From Lingula anatina (Eukaryota > Animalia > Brachiopoda): 64,000 bases of DNA. Numbering within the stretch: the first letter of the stretch is position 1; each line of letters begins with the position of its first letter. The notes under the pieces are model-generated. The model saw only the letters and a list, made by a program, of their open reading frames with translations, was not told the DNA's origin and searched no databases. Of this stretch, positions 24,601 to 37,100 are shown piece after piece. The DNA is taken from the NCBI GenBank assembly GCA_051362555.1, contig CM120645.1, forward strand, positions 21,142,001 to 21,206,000, written 5' to 3'. A program made the translations under genes and the position numbers.

Positions 24601-26642
24601 TTGAAAAATGGAGAAGAGAGAGAGAGAGAAAAAAAAAAGAAAAATACTAATTCAAGTCACCCGTAACATTGACAAATTGTCCGTTTGACAATTTGGCCGT
24701 TGTGAATAAACGATGCATTTATGCCCTGCATTTAGGAAGACAACGGGCAGTGCCGAAGTTATCTTAAATTGAAGAACAATCCAAGTTTTTTGTCCAAGCG
24801 AGCGGAGGCAAATTTAAGGCAATAGACGAGAAGAACAAATTTACTGTAACATGTAGTGCGCAGGGATGGAAATTGTATGGTTTGTCTCTTATCGCTAGTT
24901 ATGCTTTTTTATACTGAGTAGGGGGGGGGGGAGAGGGGGGAACAGAGGGAAGGGAGAATAAGAAGTGAAGGGAGAGGCGCGTGGCCCACTATGTCATCCC
25001 TGGATCCGACACTGATATTTGCAAAATGAAGCCGACCGGAAGTCAGCACCATTTTAGTATCTGTCAAATCCAAAGCGTGAATTTCTCTAAAGATCTAAGT
25101 GTATTTTGCCGTAACACAATGTTAATAGGGCTGCATGAATAGGTGTTTGTAAAGACAAGCACGCTGAAAGGCTGAACCACGAAGTGACGAATCATATTAA
25201 TATAAATTATATATGCAAATTGCGAGAAAGAGAGACAATCGAAAGAACAGGCCAAATTGCGTCTGTGTCTTTAAAATCGAGTTATTTTCTTTGATATTTT
25301 GTGAAACACAAAATTAGAGCAACCAAAGTTGGTTTAATTTGCAGGATGAGAAAAAACGCCTTTCCGAGAAAAACCCATCTTTACTGATGATTACATATAT
25401 ATTACAGAACGTGAGATATATCTTTTACCGCTTTGGAATTCAATCTTTACGAAACCTTATTAGAAGGTTTGCAAGTAAAACAAAATGGAATCCATCTATT
25501 TTGGAGTCGGCATTCCTCTTCCCTTGTATAACCGCATTGCGCAATCTCAATTTGCCTGGATCATATTTCTGTAGACGTAAGTGAAATGAGACCGTGATGA
25601 AACGCAAGTCGTTTGAATTCACAATGCACTTCTTTTCTCGTCAATTGCTTGAATTAAGAAAATGCCTTCGGGGGTCTTAAGGATGCGTGCACTTATTTTA
25701 GCCTTTATTATTATTGTTTTTTGTTGAATTTTGCAAATATATATTTTTTACTGCAGTTTCGCGTAGAAGGCTGTTATGACAATTAATATCATTAATAATT
25801 TTACATGACTTTCTTATATTGTTTTCTGATATACAAATTGTAATAGGCAATGCAATCAATACACGGATAAAGTTGTTTTTATTTTGTTGATGATACATGT
25901 GGTCACATAATCCCATATGACCAAACGGCTTTCTGCATCCCGCCAGCCAAACTTTTGTTCGCAAACTTTTATTCGAACCACACTACAGTAACAAAGACAG
26001 GAGCTTTCAGAGGGAAAATTCTACATACGCTCCCAGAGGCCAAGATCTACCCTTCGTGTCGTAACAAAGGTCTAAAGTAGAAAAACAACTGCAATCAAGT
26101 CTTTTCTAAAACTTCGTCATAACAGTGTCGACGAGTGTTGTGGTGACAGCACGCAGAATCAATGAAAAGCCATTACAATAAATTAAGACACACGTTGAAA
26201 AGCTTATTTGACTAAGAAATATTTGTTCTTTACGGACCAAATGGTGCAAGTGGACCGACACAGTGTTTGCACTTTGACTGTGCGTCCGAAAGTAGTGCCT
26301 ACTTCAATTTTCACGCTTGTGTAACCTTCTTTATTTGTTGGTTTATATATGCTGCCATTTACTTACAGAGGCTTACGTCGGTATTGCATTTAATAATAAT
26401 TACTTACCGAAATTTTATGAAGGCATCTGCACGATGAAAAAATGTCTTTGTCTTCAGATTTATCTTTTTTATTTCTCCTTCACTTTACAAGGGCTTTTAT
26501 GAAGGCATCTACACGATGAATAATGATTTTGTCTTCAGATTTTTCCTTCTTATTTCTCCTTCTCTTTACAAGCACTTTTGTTTAAACATCAGTCTTTTAT
26601 AAATAAAACTCGAAAATAAAAATGAAATAAAATAATATATAA

Positions 26643-26677
<35 letters not shown>

Positions 26678-28086
26678 AGAGAGGAACAGCAGAATAAAAT
26701 GTATGGAGTTAATTCCTGTATGAAAATTTTCAAATTATGTTTTAAGGATCTGAGAATAAAAAAAAATCCGAATTGGCGTGAAATCTAGGAAAAAAGACAA
26801 TGCGTTAAAAAAGGGACACTGCTTTGTTTTCTTTCCCTTTTCAGTAACAGCCCTCGCACAACTAATAAATAAGAATTGAGCCATTGTGAATTTGACTTAA
26901 TTTTTTTAAATACAATTTTTTTCAGATAAGAACCTTCAATTTTTTTGTGGTGTTAGTGTGTGGCGCCCTCTATGAAGCTCCAGTAATCCAGGCCCAGGGA
27001 GGTTCGGGCCCGCGTAAGTGTTTTTTTTTTTTTTTGTAGCCTACTATATTTAAATAGCCACAGATGTGTACATTGATGGATAAATACGGAGGAGAATAGA
27101 AAGACAGATATAACTCTCAAGATAATAATTTCAAAAAAGTGTAAAAACTAATTAACCTTAGTTAAGAAGATTGCACCAAGACCTTTTCTGTTTTGCATTT
27201 AAAATTCAAATTTCTTTAAATGTTTTTTTTTAATCTAGCAGGAGAGTTCAGAATTGCGCGTGGTATAATTTCATAGTAAATAAATATGGATTTTTAACAA
27301 CTTTAATTGCTCTGCGCAGTAGCTTACTGCGCTTTGCCCTACTTCCGAGTGGGAAGTATGTATTTCATTTTCGTAACGTGAAAATCCACACTGGCACGCT
27401 TATAAGTATATTATATCACTTCATCTTACAGAATGTATGCATCCAGTACGGCCATGCAACCCGGCCCTAGACCCGGGGCAGTGTGGGATGATGCAGGATA
27501 CAAACGACCAGCTGGACTGGCAACTGAGTAGGTTTTCTCGTACAGGGGTTTAGAATCCAGTTTGTGTGTGTTTGGCTTACATTGTGAATAATATCAGTGC
27601 TTTATATTGTTCTGTTTCTTTGTTAGTGCTGTGCATTCGCAGGTTAACACTTAGTAATCCCCACATCTTTTTATAAATATTTCTGGAAGTAATTTCATTG
27701 TATTTTTAAAACGCGAGCAACTAACCACCGATACACATCGATGAACAAACTCAATACGTGATCATGACAACACCAACCTGTCGATAAACATCACTTTTAA
27801 TTATTTTACCGTTAAAAAAAATATTACAACGTTATTTACTTTAACTTTGTTAAAAAGCAATCCCGCAATTATTTCCATAGCTGTATGCAAAAGTTCCCCA
27901 TAAATGTGAGAAGATTAGACAGACTTATTTCTCAAAGTCGCTTTCAGTTTCATCTTCGTTTATGACTACGTGCATGTAGCTTGTATTTTTTTTTGTTTGA
28001 CTTAGTTTTTTTATAACACAAAAAGGAACACTAGATTACGATATCTGATCTGTAACCAACATGTAATTGCCTCCCTTCCCTATTGT

Positions 28087-28182
<96 letters not shown>

Positions 28183-31100
28183 CATTCCTACTTATAATAC
28201 CGATATTAATGAAGAAGAATTGGTCCAGGAATGGCCTTGCAGTGTTTCATACTTTTGTGCAGTAAAAACAGAGCAAAATGAAGCCCTACAGAAAGTCACA
28301 CCAAAGAATACTTCAGTTAAAGGGATAATAACTCTTCGTTTTGGCCAAAAAATGAATTTTCCTGGAGTAAACAATTTTCCCATACTTACCAATGGTTAAT
28401 GAATCCATTTTTACATTCAAAGTTAGTCCCTGGTTTTTTTCTAAAAAGTTTGGTTTTTTGTTAAAATCTCTTAAGAGATTATAACTGAGTACAGCTATCA
28501 ATGGAGGTCACGTGATCTGAAGACAAGCTTAGATATCGGAATAATAGCTATAACTGCCGTTTTTGTGGTAAAACAGAATATATTATATTTCTATGAGTTG
28601 TTCACAATGTTTTTATTGTGAAATGTAGATATCATACGAAGAGTTATTATCCCTTTAATATTAATTGCACATGTACACATATTTTTTGAAATAGGTTTTT
28701 TTCCGGACCTCATAATGTATGTGTCAAGTTCTGAAGGCCTTTTGATGAAGATCCAAAATGTAATACTCACAAGTAAAAATACACTTTGTCTCTTTAGAAA
28801 CAATTTATTTTTGACCATTATTTCAGGTTATGGCTATGGCGTGTATTGCAGCAATGCTCAGCCTGGTGACAAGGCCATGGTTCACAATAGCAACTTTACA
28901 GTTCTTCACCCTGGAATGTGTGGAGTTATCTTCATCTACCTCACAGGATCTGGAACCTTTAGTCTTGATCTTCTCCTGCATAATGGAACCAAGGTATGTC
29001 AAATTGAAACTTTAAGGAATAAACAACTTGATGGGTAAAATAATACTCCTGCAGAGGACTGTCTTAATGGGTTACATTTTTATTCTTACCACTTTTTTTT
29101 GCTGAATATCTTAGATAGCTGGATAGGTTTAATTGCAAAAAGCATTATAGAACATAAACCACAATACACATAATGTCTTCATAACTATGGCAACACAGTT
29201 TGATTTTAATACATTATTATAATCTTTTCCACAGATCCAAGGGCCCAGAGTCAGTGAACATGGCTACCAAGTGGTCGCAATGGACGTCCTACCAGGGGAA
29301 TACGCACAGGCTGAACTGGCCTTCACCTGTGGAAATGGAGGACGGCAACAGGGCAACAACACCCATGAACCAGATGTGATGGCGGTTGGCATGGCAGCAA
29401 TCCAGGGCACAACATGTTCTGGAGGTATATGGTCCTCTTCTTCCTCCTTTGGTGCTCTTTCCTTTTGACTAAGACTGGGTTCCCAACCTAGATCGATCTA
29501 ACAGGATTGGTCCATCTGCAATGGGTTTCTCGCTAAATTGCTTTCAGCTTAGGTGGCTTAGATGTCTGGCACGCTTACTGAAGCTGCTAAACGACAATCA
29601 ATTACCACCTAGCAGCTTCAGTAGGCGTGGCAGACAATTAAGCTGCTTAAAAAAAACAACCAAGTAAACAAGTACTTTATAGGTTTATTTGGTGTAGCTC
29701 ATGTTGAAGAAAAGGCTGGGAACAGGTGGGAGGGTGTGGGTGTAGGTGTAGGGTAATTAAAACAGTCGATCAGGTAAGCATGCAGATACATTACAGGTTA
29801 ATTTTGTGTTGCTCATGTAGGGTAAAGGATTTAATTAGGATAGGGTGAATAAAGACAACTGAAAGTAAAGCTAATATAGCAAACAGTGTTTGGGGCTTTC
29901 TTGAAGCATAATTTAAATCAGACTTTTTTTGCATTTTATTTATTCTTACTACCTGTTAAGTCTTGAGAAGTAAATTGTTGGAAGAGAAAGATGAAAAGAA
30001 AGCATTTACTGGTTTAAAAAGTTATTTTGTTTTATGGACAATCAGGGGAAATGGATGTACTGCATGTATAAATTACAAGTGTTTTTTACTTTGGTTGTAT
30101 TATATTGACAGAAATTGACTGAATGATTTAAGTATGGAGGTCATTGTTGAACAGCAGTCTGTTGCAAACATTCCTATGTTTGTCTACTCTTTGTCTTTCC
30201 ATAGTGTTTAATTTCTCTTAGGTAATAAAAATTCATTTTAATTGTGTAACTTATGACATTTGGATTTTTTTCCTTTTGAATAGCTGATGATATGCAAGGA
30301 TACCTGAAAACCATATTGTACTACCATGATCATTGGAATATGGGAGGTTCTGGTAACTCTGGATCAGGATACTCTGGATCTGGATACTCTGGATCAGGAT
30401 ACTCAGGATCAGGATACTCTGGATCTGGTTACTCTGGATCAGGATACTCTGGATCAGGGTACTCTGGATCAGGATACTCAGGATCTGGCTACTCTGGATC
30501 AGGGTACTCTGGATCAGGATACTCTGGATCTGGATTCAGTGGCTCTGGATTATTTGGAGGTGGTAATTATGGATCTGGATACTCTGGATCAGGATTTTCA
30601 GGGTCTGGATATTCTGGATCCGGATTTTCTGGGTCTGGAATTTTTGGAGTTGGAAACCAAGGATCTGGATTCTCTGGATCAGGATTTTCTGGTTCTGGAC
30701 TCTTTGGAGACAGCAACAATGGATCTGGATTCTCAGGATCTGGACTCTTTGGAGGCGGCTACTCTGGATTTAGTGGCTCTGGATTATTTGGAGGTGGTAA
30801 TTATGGATCTGGATACTCTGGATCAGGATTTTCAGGGTCTGGATATTCTGGATGCGGATTTTCTGGGTCTGGAATTTTTGGAGGTGGAAACCAAGGATCT
30901 GGTTTCTCAGGATCTGGATTCTCTGGTTCTGGAATCTTTGGAGACAGCAACAATGGATCTGGATTCTCAGGATCTGGACTCTTTGGAGGCGGCTACTCTG
31001 GATCCGGTTTCTCAGGATCTGGACTCTTTGGAGGTGGCTTTTCTGGCTCTGGTTACTCTGGATCTGGTTACTCGGGATCTGGCATCTTTGGAGGTGGCTT

Positions 31101-34100
31101 CTCCGGATCTGGAAATTCAGGTTCTGGATACTCAGGATCAGGTAAGTGAGATGTCAGGGATAATTTAAATTAATCATTAGAATTAAAATACTGTGGCTTT
31201 GGAAATTGAGTGAATGATCCTCTAGTATTGCTTTATCCACATCTAGCAATATTTGGAGTATTTAAGTATTAAGGGTAAATAATTTATGGCCAGGAGCTAG
31301 ATACTGTGAGATATGTGTTGGTATGAGAGTAAAGATAAATATAATTATTACAAAATGAAAGTGAAATGGGTCTCTTTTATCCCCCTGTTCAACACAATCA
31401 TTTCAGTGACATTTTTTATCTAATTTAAAAGCTTGTTTTGGCTATTATTTGCACTCTTTATTTGAATAAGTATATCTGCATATTTGAATGAGATGACCGT
31501 TTCATTTAGCAATGGCTTACAAAACTGTCACTTCTGGATTAAGTGCTCTACATTGACTATCAAAAATATACCATTTTGAAGCATATGCACTTTATTTGTG
31601 CCCTTCAGGGCACTCTGGACAAGCTGGTGGTGGACTATTTGGGGATAGTTCAGGATACTCAGGATCTGGAAACTCTGGATCAGGATACTCTGGATCTGGA
31701 TATAATGGAGGTGGGCTGTTTGGGGTCTCTGGATACTCCGGGTCTGGATACTCTGGATCTGGATACTCTGGATATGGAGATGGCCTCTTTGGGGGTAAGT
31801 CAAGCTTAAAGGGATAATAACTCTTCGTATGAAATCTATATTTCACAATAAAAACATTGTAAATAACTCATAGAAATATAATATATTCTGTTTTACGACG
31901 AAAACGGCAGTAATAGCTATTATTCTGATATCTGAGCTTGTCTTCAGATCACGTGAGCTCCATTGATGGCTATACTCTGCTATAACCTCTTAAGAGATTT
32001 TAACAAAAAAACAAACTTTTTAGAAAAAAACCAGGGACTAAATTTGAATGTAAAAATGGATTCATTAACCATTGGTAAGTATGGGAAAATTGTTGTTTAC
32101 TCCAGGAAAATTCATTTTTTGGCCAAAACGAAGAGTTATTATCCCTTTAAGATTATCTGGTTCAAGTAATGTATACTGAATTGCATCTATTTTTGATAAG
32201 GAATGATTAATTTATCCCAAGTCTTTACAGCTTATGTACTAATTTAGACAGAAAAATACCAACTATATGCCCAGATAAGCTGTAAAGACTTATGTACTAA
32301 TTGAAACCTGGCGAGCCTCTTCCAGTCAGTTGGGGTCATAACAGTGCCACTTTTAATCTGGGCATATAGTTGTTTTTCTGTCTAAAACAGTCATATTAGA
32401 TTTGCTTAACATTTGTGTACAGATAAAATGTTTAATTTTCACTGAAGAGTTACCTTTGTCTTTTAATCAGTCTTTATTGGTTTTGGCACATTTAATTAAG
32501 GGTTATGACCTAATAACTACATTATTAATAATATATCTTTATAAAACCATAATGCTTGTTTGTAAGGCATTTTGAGAGAGTCATTATATTTCTCCTCAAC
32601 AGGTGGCAGTGGTGCCGGGGTGTTTCCTGGAAACTCATCTGGATACCCTGGTCACTCAGGTATGTCATCATATGCCTATTTTAGTCAGGTTGGATTGTGA
32701 TAATAGATAAATAGGTATATGCGTAGATTGATGCCAATTAGTGTATTCATTGGACCACCCCCCTTTTCTAGCTGCTTACTTGTAGATACAGTTTGTGCCT
32801 CATTCTAGAGCCATTCCTCCGAAAAGGGGGTTGTACCTTCTTCAGGTCCAACCTTATTATTTTCCAATCTGAGAATCAGTGACAGCTTGGCATTCCAGAG
32901 TGGCTAATTATGCACTAATTATGTAGGAAAGAATTCTGATGTCGTGCGAGTTTGGCTTGTAATGTTGTTATGTTTTCAACTAATAATGATATATTAATGA
33001 AAGTACTAAAATTTCCCCTTCTTTCCGATGATATTTATTCATCTTTGCTTCTATATATATTAACACAATAAATATTGTTTACATTGAAGTCTGTTGTGGT
33101 TATTTATTGATATGTTTTATAAATATACCTAAAACTATTATCTAAATGTTTACTAAAATATTACCAGCTTTTGAGATTATTAGATACGTGGTTGAGCTTA
33201 TATACATGTATACACATGTATTTTAAAATCTAATTCTGGACTTATAATACTGTCACAGTCACATCTACAATTATATCTGTTGACAGGCATTTTAAGCCCA
33301 GAATTAGATTTAAAAATTGTGTATTCAGTAGCTGCCATTGATTCCTTCATTTTATGTTATGTTGTGCTGTTGATGCTGTTGAGAATAACATGATGTTACT
33401 CTTCAATAAATTATTTCTTTCTGAGATGCTGTGGCAGTTTCAGTAACTGTTGTCTTTTGTCTGGGATGAAAAATGTCCCTTGTCTGTCTTCAATGCTCTG
33501 TTCCACTTATGCCCTTTATTTATTTATTTTATTTATTTTTACTATTTATTTGTTTATTTTCCTATAAACTATGGTTTGGAGATGCAATATAATTCTTTAA
33601 TTCTTTATGTCTTGTCTTTTGATACAGTGCTGTCTTTTGTAACCAGTGATCTGTTGGCTGTGTTCTGACTATCTGTTGTTGTGAATGTCTGATCAAGGCT
33701 TTTGATATAACTTAAGGCTTAAGTTGCACCATGACTTTTTACTAAAATAAAAATAACAGTTGGACACTTTCCAGCATGAAGTTATCTAATTTGACAATAT
33801 GCTGTGACTTTCAAAACCAATTAATTTCTAAATGTGAACTTAAGTGTCTAAAGCTCTTTAATTAATATCCCTTAATACTAAGATAACAACAAGGGCCTTT
33901 AATATAATAAAATAATTGTACAAATTTCAATTTTAACCCTACTTACCATGTACCATGCACTGTTGAATCTACCATTGTTTTAAGCACACATAATTATTCA
34001 GACTTGTTTTACTAAACCACTTGATTTGCTAAATCTTGACACCCAGAAGGTTCCTTGAATGACCTGTTATTCAAACCTATTGGTAAAACATCATTGGCCT

Positions 34101-37100
34101 CACTGTGATTGTGTATTGAAAATGTAACTTGAATTGGTCAAATAATTTGGTGCTGTAACAGCACATGGATTTTAATTTTAACAAAAAGTTAATCTTGCAT
34201 GCCAATTATTTATAATACCTTAACATCAGAGTTTATTTTCATACTGAGAGTTAAATAATCATATGATAACAGCTGTGATGATTTCAGTGTAAAAACATTT
34301 AATAAATGTATGGTGCTTTAAGTGTTGCACTTATAGTGTATGTTTTGTAACACGTTTAATGGTTTTTGAGCACTTGCACTAATTTTGCTTCAGGTCAAGC
34401 TGGATATTCAGGGTACTATGGTACTGGTCTTTTTCCAACTAGTTCCCTAGATTCAGAAACAATAAGGGCTCGTCATTCTCGTTCAATCTCTGGCTTTTCT
34501 GGTTCATACTCGGGTTTTTCTGGTTCAGTCTCTGGTTTCTCTGGATTTGAAAATGTCACAGACTTTCCTTTACAGTTTAATTTCACCGGATATCCCGATT
34601 TTGGAAACTTTTCTGGCTATTCTGGGTATGGCAACTTTACTGGATACCCTCACATTGGCAATTTTACTGGATATCCTCATTTTGGTAACTTTTCTGGTTA
34701 TTCTGGGTATGGCAACTTTACTGGATACCCTCACATTGGCAATTTTACTGGATATCCTCATTTTGGTAACTTTTCTGGTTATTCTGGGTATGGCAACTTT
34801 ACTGGATACCCTCACTTTGGCAATTTTACTGGATATCCTCATTTTGGTAACTTTTCTGGTTATTCTGGGTATGGCAACTTTACTGGATACCCTCACTTTG
34901 GCAATTTTACTGGATATCCTCATTTTGGCAATTTTTCTGGTTATTCTGGGTATGGTAACTTTACTGGATACCCTCACTTTGGCAATTTTACTGGATATCC
35001 TCATTTTGGTAACTTTTCTGGTTATTCTGGGTATGGCAACTTTACTGGATACCCTCATTTTGGCAATTTTACTGGCTTTCCTGGCTTTGGCAACTTTTCT
35101 GGCTTCTCTGGTGGCCCTGAATATACTGGATATGGAAACGGAGGTAGGTGTCACTGTTGTAGTAAAAGCACATAACCTCAAATTGTATTCAATTTATTGC
35201 ATGAAATTGGCATGGTTTGTGTATAACCCCCACAGCATGTTACTAGATACATATTAATTGTTCCCTGCTGCTATGCTAGTGTGCAGTTACCTAGGAAGTT
35301 TATATATTTGCTTTGTGCGAATTGATATTTAGAAAATTATTAAATTATGACAATTTACATGATTTAGGCTAGAATGAAAGTAGTGTGTAGTATAGAGGTG
35401 AACTTTCAGGGGCGATGTGATTTTACTCGATTTAGAATGTGACAGACTATTATTTATTGTTTATTTTCACAGGATATCCCAATTTTGAGAATTTTACTGG
35501 ATATCATTTTTTTGGAAACTTATCTGGTTGTACTGATTATTGCATCTTAAAAAGTTTGCATCATTTTGGTAATTTTAACGATTATCCTTTTTTTTTGTAT
35601 GGCAACTGTACAGGATACCCTTATTTTGTAAATTTTAACAGATAACCATATTTTGGAAACTTTTGATTTTTCTGGGTTATGGTAACTTTATAGGATATGG
35701 TAACTTTGGTAACTTTTTTGTATATCCTCATTTTGGAAACATTTGTCATTTTATAGGATATTGGAACATAACAGGATATTCTCATTTTGGTAATTTTACT
35801 GGATATCCTCATATAAGAAACTTTTCTGGTTATTCAGGTTATGGCAACTTTACTGGATACCCTAATTTTGGCAATTTTACTGGATTTCCTCATTTTGGAA
35901 ACTTTTCTGGTTATTCTGGGCATGGCAACTTTTCTGGTTTCCCTGGTGGCCCTCCTCATACTGGATATGGATATGGAGGTAGGTGTCATGATTTAAGTTA
36001 AAGCACTTTTTTTGTGTGTTTCTGGCAAATATTTTGCAATGTCTCTATTTTTTCTATTTTTTTCAATCTTGACAGCATCTTTTACATCAGAGAAATTTTG
36101 TAGTAATCATCAGTTTTGAATATATTTAAGGTCATCATAACATGGGTCCCCCTATGTGTGGTTTCCATGACTATGAAGAGCCATTGTGTGGAATGGAACA
36201 AGACCTCAATGATGATGGAGACTGGCATAATAACACTCAAGGTAGGGTTATGTAGGCAAATATTTGGTCACAGTTATCATGTTTTCATTTTAATTTGGCT
36301 TTATCATTCTCATAGTCTTTTTATCCAGATTGAGTCATTTGTAGCACAAAAACTTAGTCTTAAAAGATCAAAATTACTGTGAAATACTTGTACCTTTCTG
36401 GACGAATGTGACTGATGCACTGATGATTCTTTCTATTGTCCCTTCATATGAACTGGATTTGAAAATGGTGTTTTGCACGTTATATTTGTATATATGAATT
36501 TTTACTGTTATTTGTTTTTTTAGTATTTTCTGATATGACCAAGAGGAAAAAGTGACATTTTATATTGCTCATTTTCAGCGGGTCAGATGGAGATCAGCTG
36601 TTCAGCTCAGCCAGGTGTGGCTAAGTTAGTGTACATGAAGCAACTGAATGTTACAACCTGTGCCATCATTGAAGCAGGAATGTTCAATGCCACGCCAGGA
36701 GACCATTTCCTGGTCATTGCACATGTCAGGGATGAACAAGGCAATGTAAACCCAATGACCTTGGTGAATAGAACTGGAGGTCATGACTGGCATGAGTGGT
36801 TTGACAGAGAAGTGCCTCCTGGAACATTCAAGTTTGAGATCATTGGTGGTTGTCAAAGCTCTGGTTTCATGGTCATCAGTCAAGTTGGAGGATATGATGG
36901 ACATTGTGGTGGTAAGTTTCAAATCTGTGACCAAGTTTTCAAAAGAACTTGAGCCCAAAAATTGGTTTTAACATTTAGACTTACACTGTAGTCTTTTTGG
37001 CTGGAGATAAATCAGTAGCAGTCCATTGAAATTGAACAAAAAATGAGACATGTGTATTGATTTAGTTCAATACAATCTTTATTCATTACTGGACTATTTC

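Noticed and set aside
28192-28818. Recurring short ORFs (LLRDFNKK...; also 31963-32169)
   Set aside because: Chance frames within the non-coding MITE copies.
30326-31168. 280-aa Asp/Leu-rich ORF (DLDSQDLD) and Trp-rich ORF 30852-31145
   Set aside because: Alternative frames of the 15-bp repeat; splice phase and third-position variation support the GYSGS frame.
31592-31846. Antisense YPDPE-repeat ORF
   Set aside because: Reverse complement of the GYSGS exon, running into a MITE.
34547-35257. Hydrophobic 236-aa ORF and antisense Lys/Arg-rich 203-aa ORF
   Set aside because: Shadow frames of the 27/81-bp repeat exon.
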